A stretch of DNA of 64,000 nucleotides, from assembly GCA_045863335.1 (NCBI GenBank), contig BTVY01000010.1, positions 14,255-78,254 on the forward strand, written 5' to 3'. Made by a program: the position numbers and the translations under genes. How positions within the stretch are numbered: position 1 is the first letter of the stretch; the number at the start of each line of letters is the position of its first letter. Below are positions 50,029 through 59,465 of this stretch, piece by piece. The notes beneath the pieces were generated by a model, which was given only the letters and a program-made list of their open reading frames with translations, made no database searches and was not told the origin of the DNA. The stretch is from Candidatus Hydrogenedentota bacterium (lineage in GTDB: Bacteria; Hydrogenedentota; Hydrogenedentia; Hydrogenedentales; SLHB01).

Positions 50029-51393
50029 TCATTGAATGTTGAATTTCTGGAGTTTGTTATAGAGCGCCCGCCGGCTGATCCCGAGCAGCTCGGCAGCTTG
50101 CTTCCGGCTGGGCGCCGCCGCCAACGCACGGATCACCATCTCCCGTTCGATCTCGGCAAGCGGCGTACCGACCGTAAAGGTTACTTTGGGCCGCGTCGCA
50201 CTCTTTTGGCTGAATCGGCCGGGCAAATGCTCCGGCAGCAGAACTTCCCCGGAAGAGATCAGCACGGCCCGTTGAATGACATTCTTCAACTCGCGCACGT
50301 TGCCGGGCCAGTCATGCTCCTCGAGCAGCGCTACGCACTCTGGATGGATCCCATGGACGTCCTTGTGAAAGGCTTCTCGAAATCGTTTCATGAACGCGTC
50401 GATCAGCAGCGGTATATCGCCCTGGCGCTCCCGAAGCGGCGGCATATGTACGCGGAACACGTCGAGCCGGTAAAGCAGATCTTCGCGGAACGCCCCTTGC
50501 CCCACCAAGTCCACTGGGTTCTCGTTGGTTGCCGCGACAATGCGCGCCTTGGTCGTCATCACCCGTTTTCCGCCGAGACGGGTAAACCGTTTGCTCTCCA
50601 GGATGCGCAACAGGCTGATCTGGACGCGCTCATCGATGGTCGAGATTTCATCCAGAAAAATGGTGCCCGAGTTCGCCTGTTCAAACTTCCCGGTGCGCCG
50701 ATCGAGCGCGCCGGTAAATGCGCCCTTCTCATGGCCGAAGAGCTCGCTCGCTACCAACTCTTGGGGCAGTGCGCCGAGATGGACGGGAACGTAGGGCCCT
50801 TCGCGCCTATCGCTCGCAAGATGGATCGCCTGCGCGGCGAGATCCTTGCCAGTACCCGTCTCCCCAAGTATCAGGACGGGGATGTCGCTGGCCGCCGCCT
50901 GGCTGATCTGGCGGAAGACTTCCTTCATGGGCTTCGATCGCCCGAGCAGAGGCTGGTCCAGGCGCACCGGTTCGCCGCCGTCGTTTATTGCGGCGTCTTC
51001 GAGCGCGCCCTGCTCTCGCAACGTCGACTCGACCAGCATACGCAATTCTTCATCTTCAATGGGGAACTTCGCGTAGCGAAACGAACCGGTGGTCATGGCT
51101 TTCATGGCGAATTTGATGTGCGCGGGATCGACGAGAAAGAGGACTTGCGACTTGGGACTTTTCCCGGAGATGGCTTCAAAAAGCTCTTTGCCTTCCACGC
51201 GGCCGGACTGGACCGCGGCGCTGGTCACGATTACTACGTCATACGCCGTATCCTCGAAATGGTCCAGAATCGTGTCCACGTCCCGTTCGCTCGCGACGGT
51301 CACCGGCCGGTCTGCGAATTGGCGTTCCAATCGCTTGGCGATTCCCGGCCGCTTCTCCACGACCATGATGTGTCGCTCTTTTTTAGCTGCCAT
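50029..51393 (-). CDS. sigma54-dependent enhancer-binding protein (NtrC-like) with atypical receiver domain
   Basis: GETGTGKD, ELFGHEKGAFTGA, FLDEI, FREDLLYRL, WPGNVRELKN, Fis-type HTH AAELLGISRRALYNKL; receiver beta3 reads YDVVIVTS (no phospho-Asp). Confidence 0.93.
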   Translation of the reverse strand: MAAKKERHIMVVEKRPGIAKRLERQFADRPVTVASERDVDTILDHFEDTAYDVVIVTSAAVQSGRVEGKELFEAISGKSPKSQVLFLVDPAHIKFAMKAMTTGSFRYAKFPIEDEELRMLVESTLREQGALEDAAINDGGEPVRLDQPLLGRSKPMKEVFRQISQAAASDIPVLILGETGTGKDLAAQAIHLASDRREGPYVPVHLGALPQELVASELFGHEKGAFTGALDRRTGKFEQANSGTIFLDEISTIDERVQISLLRILESKRFTRLGGKRVMTTKARIVAATNENPVDLVGQGAFREDLLYRLDVFRVHMPPLRERQGDIPLLIDAFMKRFREAFHKDVHGIHPECVALLEEHDWPGNVRELKNVIQRAVLISSGEVLLPEHLPGRFSQKSATRPKVTFTVGTPLAEIEREMVIRALAAAPSRKQAAELLGISRRALYNKLQKFNIQ

Positions 51394-51783
51394 TAGTGGT
51401 ATCAGTCCACGTGAGTCACTGCGTTGAACGAGTTCCGGCCCGGATGAAAGTCCCACGCTCGACGTATTGATTCCGCACTGGGCGCGGCCCTGGCCACTAC
51501 GCGCCGGAATGCGCGCCCCGGCAAAAATTGATTATTGCGGAGTTACTGAGGGTTATATTCTTAGGGTACCACATGACTGGCGTCCAACCCCAATTGCATG
51601 CAGTTTCTCTTATACGGGTGCTTTACGATAATTCGCGCCGATAGGCTCCTAACACCGAATACAAGAAGGGGCGCCGTCTTTAATTCTCCGGCGGTGGACT
51701 CGTTCCAGGCGACTCAAAAAACGAACAGTGACCATCTCTTCATTTTCCCTGACCATTGCGCCAGAGACTTGATCGGGTTTAGC

Positions 51784-52326
51784 ATGAGTCTCATGAGCGC
51801 AAGGTACGCTGTATTCCTCCGAGGCATTAACGTAGGCGGCAACCGCACGATCAAAATGGCCGATTTACGCAGGTGTTTCGAGGGTCTCGGCTTCGAGGAT
51901 GTTTGCACGGTTTTGCAGTCCGGCAACGTGCTCTTCACGAGTACCTCGCGTTCTGCAGACGCGCTGCGCAGCAAGATCGAAGCAGCGCTAACGAAAACCT
52001 TTGCCTATCCCGCGAAGGTTTACCTGTGTCCCCTCCCCACACTGGAGCGAGCCATCAAGAATTATCCCTTTGATCTCAACCAGACTACCATTCAGCACTA
52101 CGTGGTCTTAGGCGGCGACAAGGCTGTGGATACCATCCTCATGGAAGCCGTCGATCTCGATCAAAAAACGGAAGAAGTTAAGGGAAATGCTCCATTCATT
52201 TACTGGCGCGTGCAAAAAGGCAAGTCGACCAAAAGCGCGTTCGCAAAGATCCTGGCGAAGGCGAAATACCGGGATCATACGACGGTGCGGAATATGAACA
52301 CGCTGAAGAAAATGGTCGGGAAGTAG
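51784..52326 (+). CDS. DUF1697 family protein
   Basis: YAVFLRGINVGG...MADLR, VLQSGNV, TVRNMNT. Confidence 0.88.
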   Translation: MSLMSARYAVFLRGINVGGNRTIKMADLRRCFEGLGFEDVCTVLQSGNVLFTSTSRSADALRSKIEAALTKTFAYPAKVYLCPLPTLERAIKNYPFDLNQTTIQHYVVLGGDKAVDTILMEAVDLDQKTEEVKGNAPFIYWRVQKGKSTKSAFAKILAKAKYRDHTTVRNMNTLKKMVGK

Positions 52327-52338
52327 ACTGCCCAGCCC

Positions 52339-52752
52339 TTACACGCGTGGCGTTGTGAGCCCGGCCGCTGTCGCGGCGGCGACTTGACGTTGGTCCGCGG
52401 AGACGAAACGGTCCGCCTCCCATACGATTGCGCTGGCCACGTGAAGTGCGTCTGCGGAGCGGAGGGGCGCCGATTCCAGCATTCGGATGCTTGTCGTTAC
52501 GACGGATTCGGTGAGGTCGATGAGCACAGCATCCCGAACGTCAGCTAGAAGAAGCTGTTTGATCTTCTCATACTGCGCCGGGCTTATCACCGATTCGCGG
52601 ACACGCCGGTTTAGCGCGGACACAATTTCAGGTACGCAGAGAACGCTGAGCGCAAGCTCGGTTGCGTCCTGACATAGTTCGTTTACAGCTTCGGACCCCG
52701 CTTCCTCGATGTATCGCTTCGCGAATGCGGAGGAATCAAAGTAGGTCTTCAC
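52339..52752 (-). CDS. vapC: PIN-domain toxin (VapC family)
   Basis: YFDSSAFAKRY..E.GS, EIVSAL, LRSADALHVASA, FVSAD; GTG start overlaps antitoxin. Confidence 0.9.
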   Translation of the reverse strand: MKTYFDSSAFAKRYIEEAGSEAVNELCQDATELALSVLCVPEIVSALNRRVRESVISPAQYEKIKQLLLADVRDAVLIDLTESVVTTSIRMLESAPLRSADALHVASAIVWEADRFVSADQRQVAAATAAGLTTPRV

Positions 52753-52975
52753 GATTGCGTTCTTCGAGGATTGCGGCCGAGAGAGACGCCCCCGGAATGG
52801 CCAGGCGCGGACCCGACCGCTTCCAGGATGGGGTGGCATTCTGCTCGGGAGGAACAGGCGAGATTTGCGCCACAGGCCTGCCATGGCGGACCACGATAAG
52901 CCGCTCTCCCTGTTCGACTTTTGATAGAAGCGCGGAGGCGTTTTGCCGAAATTCAGTGAAGCTTACGGTTTGCAT
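52736..52975 (-). CDS. Phd/YefM family antitoxin
   Basis: VSFTEFRQNASALLSKVEQGE.LIVVRHGRPVA. Confidence 0.9.
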   Translation of the reverse strand: MQTVSFTEFRQNASALLSKVEQGERLIVVRHGRPVAQISPVPPEQNATPSWKRSGPRLAIPGASLSAAILEERNREDLL

Positions 52976-52993
52976 GGAATGTTCCCTAATTTA

Positions 52994-53031
52994 TGTACAT
53001 TACTGTACAGAAAAATGTGCGAAATTGTCAA
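52994..53031 (-). promoter_or_regulatory. TA promoter with tandem TGTACA operator hexamers
   Basis: Minus strand TTGACA (53031-53026), 18 bp, TACAGT (53007-53002); TGTACA-N4-TGTACA (52994-53009) overlaps the -10/+1 region. Confidence 0.7.
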
Positions 53032-53064
53032 GATGGAAATCTCCATGCTTCGTTCTGTCTGGCT

Positions 53065-53922
53065 CTACGACGGCTCCAACCGATCCAGCGACCGCAGGCC
53101 GTCGATGAAGGCCACAGTCATGGGGAAGGGTCCGGGATAGGGAACAAACTCGACGTGGCCATCCATGTACAGTACGTGGCCGCCGTTGCCGTGCAGTTCC
53201 GGCCGCTCGAGCATGACGGGTACTCTGGATTGCACGACGGCGGATGCTGCCGGATTGCCAATGTCGGAAATGAGATAGCGTTCTACGCCTTGCCGGAGTA
53301 TGTGGTATGTATGTCGCTCGTGGTCAAAAGGAAACACTCCGCCCCACTTGATTTCTCGTGGCGAGGGTCCCGTGCGGCCAGAGGCGAGCCACTCGGCTTC
53401 CGCCTGTTCTCGACGTGCCGCGTCCTCTCGCTTTCGCGCTTCGAAGTTCTCTTGATACTCCGGCCAAAGCGTTTCGACATCGTCAGGGAACCTGCCTTCC
53501 GGAATCAGTTGGCGATATTCGTCGATCCAAGCCAGCGCCGAACGCTCGTTGGCAAACAAGTAGCCGAGATACCAGTAGCTGTCGTCATCGACGCGGGAGA
53601 GCAGATCGATCTCCTTGCCGATTAGTCGTTCATAGTCCGGCTGAAAGGGCGACACAAAGCACGTCGTCTCGGCCAATAAATCGGGATAGAGCGAGTCCGG
53701 CTCAAAATTCAATCGCCCTGGCGCTAGGGAAAGGGGCGGAAAGAAATCCCGATTCGATTCTACGGTGGAATAGGTGCGTAGGGCCGCGCCGATGTGTTCC
53801 AGGTTTTCCACGCAACGGGCGTTTTGCCGTGAAGCGGCGATGCGCTTGCCGCCCCAGACCGCTCCTGTCACCGCGGCGCCCAGGAGTAGCAGAACCACCC
53901 ACAGCTTGATCACGCGTAACAT
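53065..53922 (-). CDS. DUF1559-like / H-X9-DG domain protein with N-terminal membrane anchor
   Basis: CVENLEHIGAALRTY helix and C-terminal HGNGGHVLYMDGHVEF. Confidence 0.75.
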   Translation of the reverse strand: MLRVIKLWVVLLLLGAAVTGAVWGGKRIAASRQNARCVENLEHIGAALRTYSTVESNRDFFPPLSLAPGRLNFEPDSLYPDLLAETTCFVSPFQPDYERLIGKEIDLLSRVDDDSYWYLGYLFANERSALAWIDEYRQLIPEGRFPDDVETLWPEYQENFEARKREDAARREQAEAEWLASGRTGPSPREIKWGGVFPFDHERHTYHILRQGVERYLISDIGNPAASAVVQSRVPVMLERPELHGNGGHVLYMDGHVEFVPYPGPFPMTVAFIDGLRSLDRLEPS

Positions 53923-53931
53923 GACTACCTC

Positions 53932-54297
53932 TCAGCCGCGCAGACCGCCGGGTTCGTGAATCTCGATGCGGTTGCCGAAGGGGTCGTGGATAAAGAAGCG
54001 TTGCCAGGGCGCGGGGCGGCCCTTGTCGATGGGGACGCCCGCCTGTTCCAGTCTTGCTCTGATGGCGTCCAGATCGCCGCACTCCAGTCCGAAATGGCGC
54101 TGGCGGTCTGCGCCCGCCCCGGTCGCCTCCACGGACAAATGGATATCCAAGCCGCCGGCATCGAACCACAGACCGCCGCGTGCACGCAGCGGTTCCGGCT
54201 TCGAGATCTCGGGCAAGCCCAGCAGGCCGCCGTAAAACGCGCGCGCCGCGTCTTCGCCATCCGCCGGCATCGTCACATTCACATGAGTGAGTTTCAT
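53932..54297 (-). CDS. VOC/glyoxalase family protein
   Basis: LTHVNV, ARAFYGGLLGL, IHL, RHFGL, DPFGNRIE. Confidence 0.9.
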   Translation of the reverse strand: MKLTHVNVTMPADGEDAARAFYGGLLGLPEISKPEPLRARGGLWFDAGGLDIHLSVEATGAGADRQRHFGLECGDLDAIRARLEQAGVPIDKGRPAPWQRFFIHDPFGNRIEIHEPGGLRG

Positions 54298-54336
54298 GGC
54301 GTCCCCCAGTCAAGTTCTCGTACCTGGCAAACCATT

Positions 54337-55227
54337 CTACCGCAGATTGGCGCTGGCGAACGCGGCCGTGTGCCAGATCCATGGGGCGGACAGGATGGCG
54401 GCGGCGTTCCAGAGCAGGAGAAAGGCGGCGGCGTACGGCCCGGGATAGGGGCGCTCATTCCACAGGGCCATGGCATCCGCTACGAAGTACAGCGCCCCAG
54501 CCGCAAGACCTGCCGCAATGAGGGGGATGTCCAGGGCGTCGAACACGAGAACACATTCAACCACGAGAAAAGCCGCGATGAGCCATTTCGCATTCACGCG
54601 CCCGATGGTGTTCGCGGTGGTGCGGCGGCCCGCAGCGCGGTCGGGTTCGATGTCCATCATGGCACCGAGGAGGTGCGAGTGCATGGCGAAAAGCGCGCCA
54701 AACACGAAGGTGGGCCACGGCACCTGGGGCGCGCCGTTCAACCAGCTACTGAGCACGAAGACCAGCAGGTATCCGATCTGATTCGTCAGGTCGAGGATGG
54801 GGTAGTTTTTGAAGCCGTAGGGCCGCGCGTTGTAGAGCCAGGTAAAAGCGAGCAACCCAGCAAGCAGAAGCAGCGCTTTCGCGCCAATCAACCATACGAA
54901 CGCCACGAAGAACGGAGCCTGGACCGCAGCGATCCAAAACGGCAGGCGTCGCAACTCCGCGTCCGTCGCTCGCGCACCGAAGAGGTACGTTCCCTTGCGC
55001 GGGTTAAGCCGGTCCGTATCCCGGTCGACGAAGTCATTCCAACCATAGATGAGCAGGCCGAGCGGAAACCCGACATACAAGAAGCCCAGCCAGAAGGGTG
55101 CGTCGCCGAACACTTCGCGCCCGCCAAGCGGCAACAGGTAAAACCACATGGACGTGACCCAAAACCCGGGCCGGGAAATCTTGATCAGTTGCGGGGTTCG
55201 GATCTGCGCGCGCGTCAATCGGCTCAT
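54337..55227 (-). CDS. UbiA-family prenyltransferase (CrtEb/LyeJ-like)
   Basis: SRPGFW, YGWNDFVDRDTDRLNPRKG, YNARP, DIEPDRAAG..T; multiple TM helices. Confidence 0.8.
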   Translation of the reverse strand: MSRLTRAQIRTPQLIKISRPGFWVTSMWFYLLPLGGREVFGDAPFWLGFLYVGFPLGLLIYGWNDFVDRDTDRLNPRKGTYLFGARATDAELRRLPFWIAAVQAPFFVAFVWLIGAKALLLLAGLLAFTWLYNARPYGFKNYPILDLTNQIGYLLVFVLSSWLNGAPQVPWPTFVFGALFAMHSHLLGAMMDIEPDRAAGRRTTANTIGRVNAKWLIAAFLVVECVLVFDALDIPLIAAGLAAGALYFVADAMALWNERPYPGPYAAAFLLLWNAAAILSAPWIWHTAAFASANLR

Positions 55228-55486
55228 CCCGTCATCGGTCGGAGTTGGCTTGTGGCATGTTGCACCGCCCGTGGACACCAGGACCCAGGTGGCGTATTCG
55301 ATTCTTCCCTAACGGATGTCCGTTCGTGAGGAAAATCCTGGCCGACCCCAATTTGGACTTTCAGGGCTTTTCACGGGCGGAGGCCGTTTGGGGTGTCAGA
55401 CTATCATGACGCGCGATTCCCATCGCAAGCTCAAGGCATTCCGCGCTTGTCGACGTACCGGGTTAGCCCGCTCCCGGCTCCATCCC

Positions 55487-55515
55487 TTGACGGTTACAGC
55501 ATGAATGTGTAGGAT
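55487..55515 (+). promoter_or_regulatory. Candidate sigma70 promoter upstream of fadN-fadA
   Basis: TTGACG (55487-55492), 17 bp, TAGGAT (55510-55515). Confidence 0.5.
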
Positions 55516-55596
55516 GACGCATTGTGCGGAACCTTGGTGACACGGGTTCGTAGTCAGTTGATTATCCCGAGGATAGGGAGGTTATGCGGCAGAATC

Positions 55597-55612
55597 GACC
55601 TAACGGTAGGTC
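55597..55612. promoter_or_regulatory. Candidate TetR-type operator
   Basis: Near-perfect palindrome GACCTAACGGTAGGTC in the leader of the beta-oxidation operon. Confidence 0.4.
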
Positions 55613-55807
55613 AGAGTGCCGACCTTCTCTCTAAGCGCATATTCTTAAAAACGTTGCGACTGTTGGATGAACTGGACGGTATCGCGGGAAATCCCGAATG
55701 ACTTTATTGGTGGCGAAGGTCCGGCCCAACGTTGAGCGATTGGTAATCAGGATGGGGAAGGCGATTCGTCGGTGCCTTTCGTACGCAGTGGAAGGAGTCC
55801 AATCATC

Positions 55808-58207
55808 ATGAGAGAGATCACGCGCGTCGCCGTATTGGGGTCCGGGGTCATGGGGGGTGCCATCGCCGCGCACTGCGGCAATTGCGGCATCCCCAGCCTC
55901 ATGCTCGACATCGTTCCGCCGAATCTGACGGATTCCGACAAGAAAGACCCCAGAAAGCGCAATTCCATCGCTGAGGCAAGCAAGCAGGCCATGCTCAAAA
56001 CGAAGCCTTCGCCCATATACGCCAAAGGCGTGCTCGACCTGATCGAAGTCGGTAACTTCGAAGACGACATGGCGAAGATCGCGGAGTGCGACTGGATCAT
56101 CGAGGTCGTCAAAGAAGACCTTGCCATTAAAAAGAAGGTGTACGAGCAGGTCGCCAAGCACCGCAAGCCCGGCACCATCATCACCAGCAATACGAGCGGA
56201 ATACCCATCGCCTCGATGACGGGCGTTATGGACGAGGACATGCGGCGCAATTTCTGCGGTACGCACTTCTTCAACCCGCCGCGATACCTCAAGCTGCTCG
56301 AAATCATCCCGCACGCGGAGACGGATCCCGAAGTGGTCGCCTTCCTGGCGGACTTCATGGAGAACGTCTTGGGCAAGGGCGTGGTCTATGCCAAGGACAC
56401 GCCCAACTTCATCGCAAACCGCATCCTCACCTTCGCGAGCCAGTTCATCCTGCACGAGATGACAAAAGACGGCCTGACCGTAGAGGAAGTCGACGCGGTG
56501 ACCGGTCCAGCCGTCGGCCACGCATCTTCGGCCACGTTCCGAACTTTCGATCTCGTCGGCATCGACACGTACGCCCACGTGTTGGGCAACGTGGCGAACA
56601 ACTGCCCCGATGACGAACGCCAGGACGTGATGGCCGTGCCGGACTGGTTGCAGAAGATGATCGACAAAGGCCTGCATGGCGCGAAGACGGGGTCCGGCTT
56701 CTATAAGGCCACCAACGAGCGCGATGAAAAAGGCAAGCGCATCATTCTCGGGCTGGACCTCGACACGCTGGAATATCGCGACCCGGTGAAGCCCCGCTTC
56801 GAATGCACCGGCGCCGCGCGCAAGGCCGACTCCATCGAAGCGAAGCTGAAGATCATGTACACCGGCGAAGACAAAGGCGCGGTATTTGCCTGGAAGTCCT
56901 TCGCAAACACCGCCATCTATGCGGCCAACCGCATCCCCGAGATCGCGGACGACATCGTTAACATCGACAACGCGGTCAAGTGGGGGTTCGCCTGGGAAGT
57001 TGGCATCTTCGAAACCTGGGACATCCTCGGCGTGAAGTACGTGTGCGAGCGCATGGAGAAGGAAGGGCTCAAGCTGCCACCCATTGCAAAAGCACTCCTT
57101 GCTGCGGGCCACGTTTCCTTCTACAAGACCGAGAACGGCGCGGCCCTATACTTCGACCTGGCGAGCAAGGCCTACAAGCCCGTTCCGCAGAATCCGAACA
57201 TTATCACCATCGCCAGCGCAAAAGACGCGAAGAAAGTCGTCAAGGAAAACGACAGTTGCAGTCTGGTCGACATTGGCGACGGCATCCTCTGCGCCGAGTT
57301 CCACACGAAGATGAACGCCATCGACGCCGATATGGGGCAGATGCTCCTGGAAGGCGTCACCCTGCTGAACGAGGGCAACTTCGAGGGCATGGTCATCGGC
57401 AACCAGGCCGATCATTTCTGCGCGGGCGCGAACATTTTCGTCATCCTCGGCGAGGCCATGCAGGAGAATTGGAAAGCGGTCGAGGACGCCGTCCACGGCT
57501 TTCAGCAGATCAATCAGGCCATTCGCTTCTGCAAACGGCCCATCGTTGCGGCACCGCACCATTACACCCTCGGCGGCGGCACGGAGATCTGCCAGCACAC
57601 GGCCAGAGCTGTAATCGCCGGCGAAACGTATGGCGGTCTCGTTGAAGTCGGCGTCGGGCTGGTCCCCGGCGGCGGCGGGTGCAAGGAGATGCTGCGCCGC
57701 GCGCTGGCCTACGCGCCGGAAAGCGTGCCGGACTGCGATCCCTTCCCGTATGTGCGCCGCGCCTTTGAAAACATCGGCATGGCCAAGGTCAGCACGAGCG
57801 GCATGGAGTATGTCGAACTCGGTTACCTCACGCCGGATTGCCCGGTCGAGCCGAGTTTCGATCTCCAGATCAGCCGCGCGAAAGACGTATGCCTCGGCCT
57901 CATCAAGATGGGGTACCGCGCGCCGAAGCCGGCGACCTTGGTCGCCCTGGGCGAACGGGCCCGCGCCGCCTTCCGCGTGGCGTTGTACGCATTCCAACTC
58001 GGCGGCTTCGCATCCGATCACGACGTGCTCATCAGCGAGAAGATTGCGAACATCCTGACCGGCGGCGACCGCTTGCCCGGCACGAAGATGACCGAGCAGG
58101 ACGTGCTCGACCTTGAACGGGAAGCCTTCGTCAGCCTGGTTGGCACGGAAAAGACTCAACAACGAATTCAGCACATGCTTACCACCGGTAAGCCGTTGCG
58201 CAACTGA
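55808..58207 (+). CDS. fadN: 3-hydroxyacyl-CoA dehydrogenase/enoyl-CoA hydratase (FadN-type)
   Basis: GSGVMG, SNTSGIP, HFFNPPRY, NFIANRI, FCAGAN, LGGGTE, GLVE.GVG, TGKPLRN; AAGGAG RBS. Confidence 0.92.
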   Translation: MREITRVAVLGSGVMGGAIAAHCGNCGIPSLMLDIVPPNLTDSDKKDPRKRNSIAEASKQAMLKTKPSPIYAKGVLDLIEVGNFEDDMAKIAECDWIIEVVKEDLAIKKKVYEQVAKHRKPGTIITSNTSGIPIASMTGVMDEDMRRNFCGTHFFNPPRYLKLLEIIPHAETDPEVVAFLADFMENVLGKGVVYAKDTPNFIANRILTFASQFILHEMTKDGLTVEEVDAVTGPAVGHASSATFRTFDLVGIDTYAHVLGNVANNCPDDERQDVMAVPDWLQKMIDKGLHGAKTGSGFYKATNERDEKGKRIILGLDLDTLEYRDPVKPRFECTGAARKADSIEAKLKIMYTGEDKGAVFAWKSFANTAIYAANRIPEIADDIVNIDNAVKWGFAWEVGIFETWDILGVKYVCERMEKEGLKLPPIAKALLAAGHVSFYKTENGAALYFDLASKAYKPVPQNPNIITIASAKDAKKVVKENDSCSLVDIGDGILCAEFHTKMNAIDADMGQMLLEGVTLLNEGNFEGMVIGNQADHFCAGANIFVILGEAMQENWKAVEDAVHGFQQINQAIRFCKRPIVAAPHHYTLGGGTEICQHTARAVIAGETYGGLVEVGVGLVPGGGGCKEMLRRALAYAPESVPDCDPFPYVRRAFENIGMAKVSTSGMEYVELGYLTPDCPVEPSFDLQISRAKDVCLGLIKMGYRAPKPATLVALGERARAAFRVALYAFQLGGFASDHDVLISEKIANILTGGDRLPGTKMTEQDVLDLEREAFVSLVGTEKTQQRIQHMLTTGKPLRN

Positions 58208-58228
58208 TCCGCAGGAGGACTCGAAATT

Positions 58229-59389
58229 ATGGAGAACGTGTACGTAGTCTCTGGCGCACGCACGGCGGTTGGCAAGGCGAAACGCGGGACGCTCGTTAAC
58301 TACCGTCCGGACGACATGGCCGCGGATGTGATTGGCGCGGCCGTCGAACGCGCAAATATCACGCCCGAACAGGTGCAGGATGTCGTCATCGGGTGCGCAA
58401 TGCCCGAGCAAGAGCAAGGCATGAATGTCGCGCGCATCGCGGCGCTTCGCGCGGGCATGCCGGACACCGTTAGCGCCATGACCATCAATCGCTTCTGCTC
58501 GTCTGGCTTAGAGGCCATGTCCATCGCTGCGGCCAAAATCGAAGCGGGCCTCTTTGACATCGCTATCGGCGGCGGCACCGAATCCATGAGTCTGGTGCCA
58601 ACACCCGGCGCGCGCATGTCGCCGAACCCATATCTGACGAAGAATCACCCCGAGATCTACATCGCCATGGGCAACGCGGGCGACAATGTGGCGCGCGACT
58701 TCGGATTCTCCCGCGAGGAACTGGACCAGTGGGCCTTGGAGAGCAACCAGAAGGCCGTCGCCGCTATCGACCTCGGCAAGTTCAAGGACCAGATCGTGCC
58801 GTTGGAAGTGCCACTGAATGGCAAGTCCATGATCTTCGACACCGATGAAGGGCCGCGCCGTGACACGACGCAGGAAGGACTCGCGGCATTGAAACCCGCT
58901 TTCGCCGCATCGCCGAAACTGGGCTTCCACACGGCGGGCAACTCAAGCCAGATGAGCGATGGCGCAGCGGCGCTGGTACTCATGAGCGAGAAAGCCGTGG
59001 AAGAAACCGGCGCAAAACCGTTGGCCAAGTTCCGGAGCTACAACGTCGCCGCGAGCGATCCCAAGTACCTCGGCCCGGCACAGCTCGTCGCCATCCCGAA
59101 GGCGTGCGAACTCGCGGGCATCAAAGTGGAAGACGCGGGTCTCATCGAAATCAACGAAGCTTTCGCATCGGTGGCCCTGCTGGTCACGCGCGAACTCAAA
59201 CTCGATCGCAGCAAAGTCAACGTCAACGGCGGCGCTATTGCCCTCGGTCATCCCCTCGGCTGTACCGGCGCGAAGCTCTCGGTCCAGATCATTGACGAAA
59301 TGCGCAAACGTGGCGAGAAGTTCGGCATCGTCACCATGTGCATCGGCGGCGGCATGGGCGCAGCCGGCGTGTTCGAACTCTGCGAGTAG
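58229..59389 (+). CDS. fadA: Acetyl-CoA C-acyltransferase (thiolase)
   Basis: NRFCSSG, NEAFA, NGGAIALGHPLG, MCIGGGMG. Confidence 0.93.
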   Translation: MENVYVVSGARTAVGKAKRGTLVNYRPDDMAADVIGAAVERANITPEQVQDVVIGCAMPEQEQGMNVARIAALRAGMPDTVSAMTINRFCSSGLEAMSIAAAKIEAGLFDIAIGGGTESMSLVPTPGARMSPNPYLTKNHPEIYIAMGNAGDNVARDFGFSREELDQWALESNQKAVAAIDLGKFKDQIVPLEVPLNGKSMIFDTDEGPRRDTTQEGLAALKPAFAASPKLGFHTAGNSSQMSDGAAALVLMSEKAVEETGAKPLAKFRSYNVAASDPKYLGPAQLVAIPKACELAGIKVEDAGLIEINEAFASVALLVTRELKLDRSKVNVNGGAIALGHPLGCTGAKLSVQIIDEMRKRGEKFGIVTMCIGGGMGAAGVFELCE

Positions 59390-59465
59390 GACACGCGGTC
59401 CGAGTGCGTGTCCGGAATTGGGCGGGTCGCTTCTCGCCGCCGGGAACCTCATGAGGCGAATCGAT

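Noticed and set aside
49954-51396. 480-aa plus-strand ORF
   Set aside because: Antisense shadow of the bEBP gene
53956-55329. 457-aa plus-strand ORF
   Set aside because: Antisense to the VOC and UbiA genes, which carry clear motifs
55631-58417. Minus-strand ORFs of 493 and 423 aa
   Set aside because: Antisense shadows of fadN
59389-59413. Hairpin GGACACGCG...TGCGTGTCC after fadA as a terminator
   Set aside because: No U-tract, so termination is not supported
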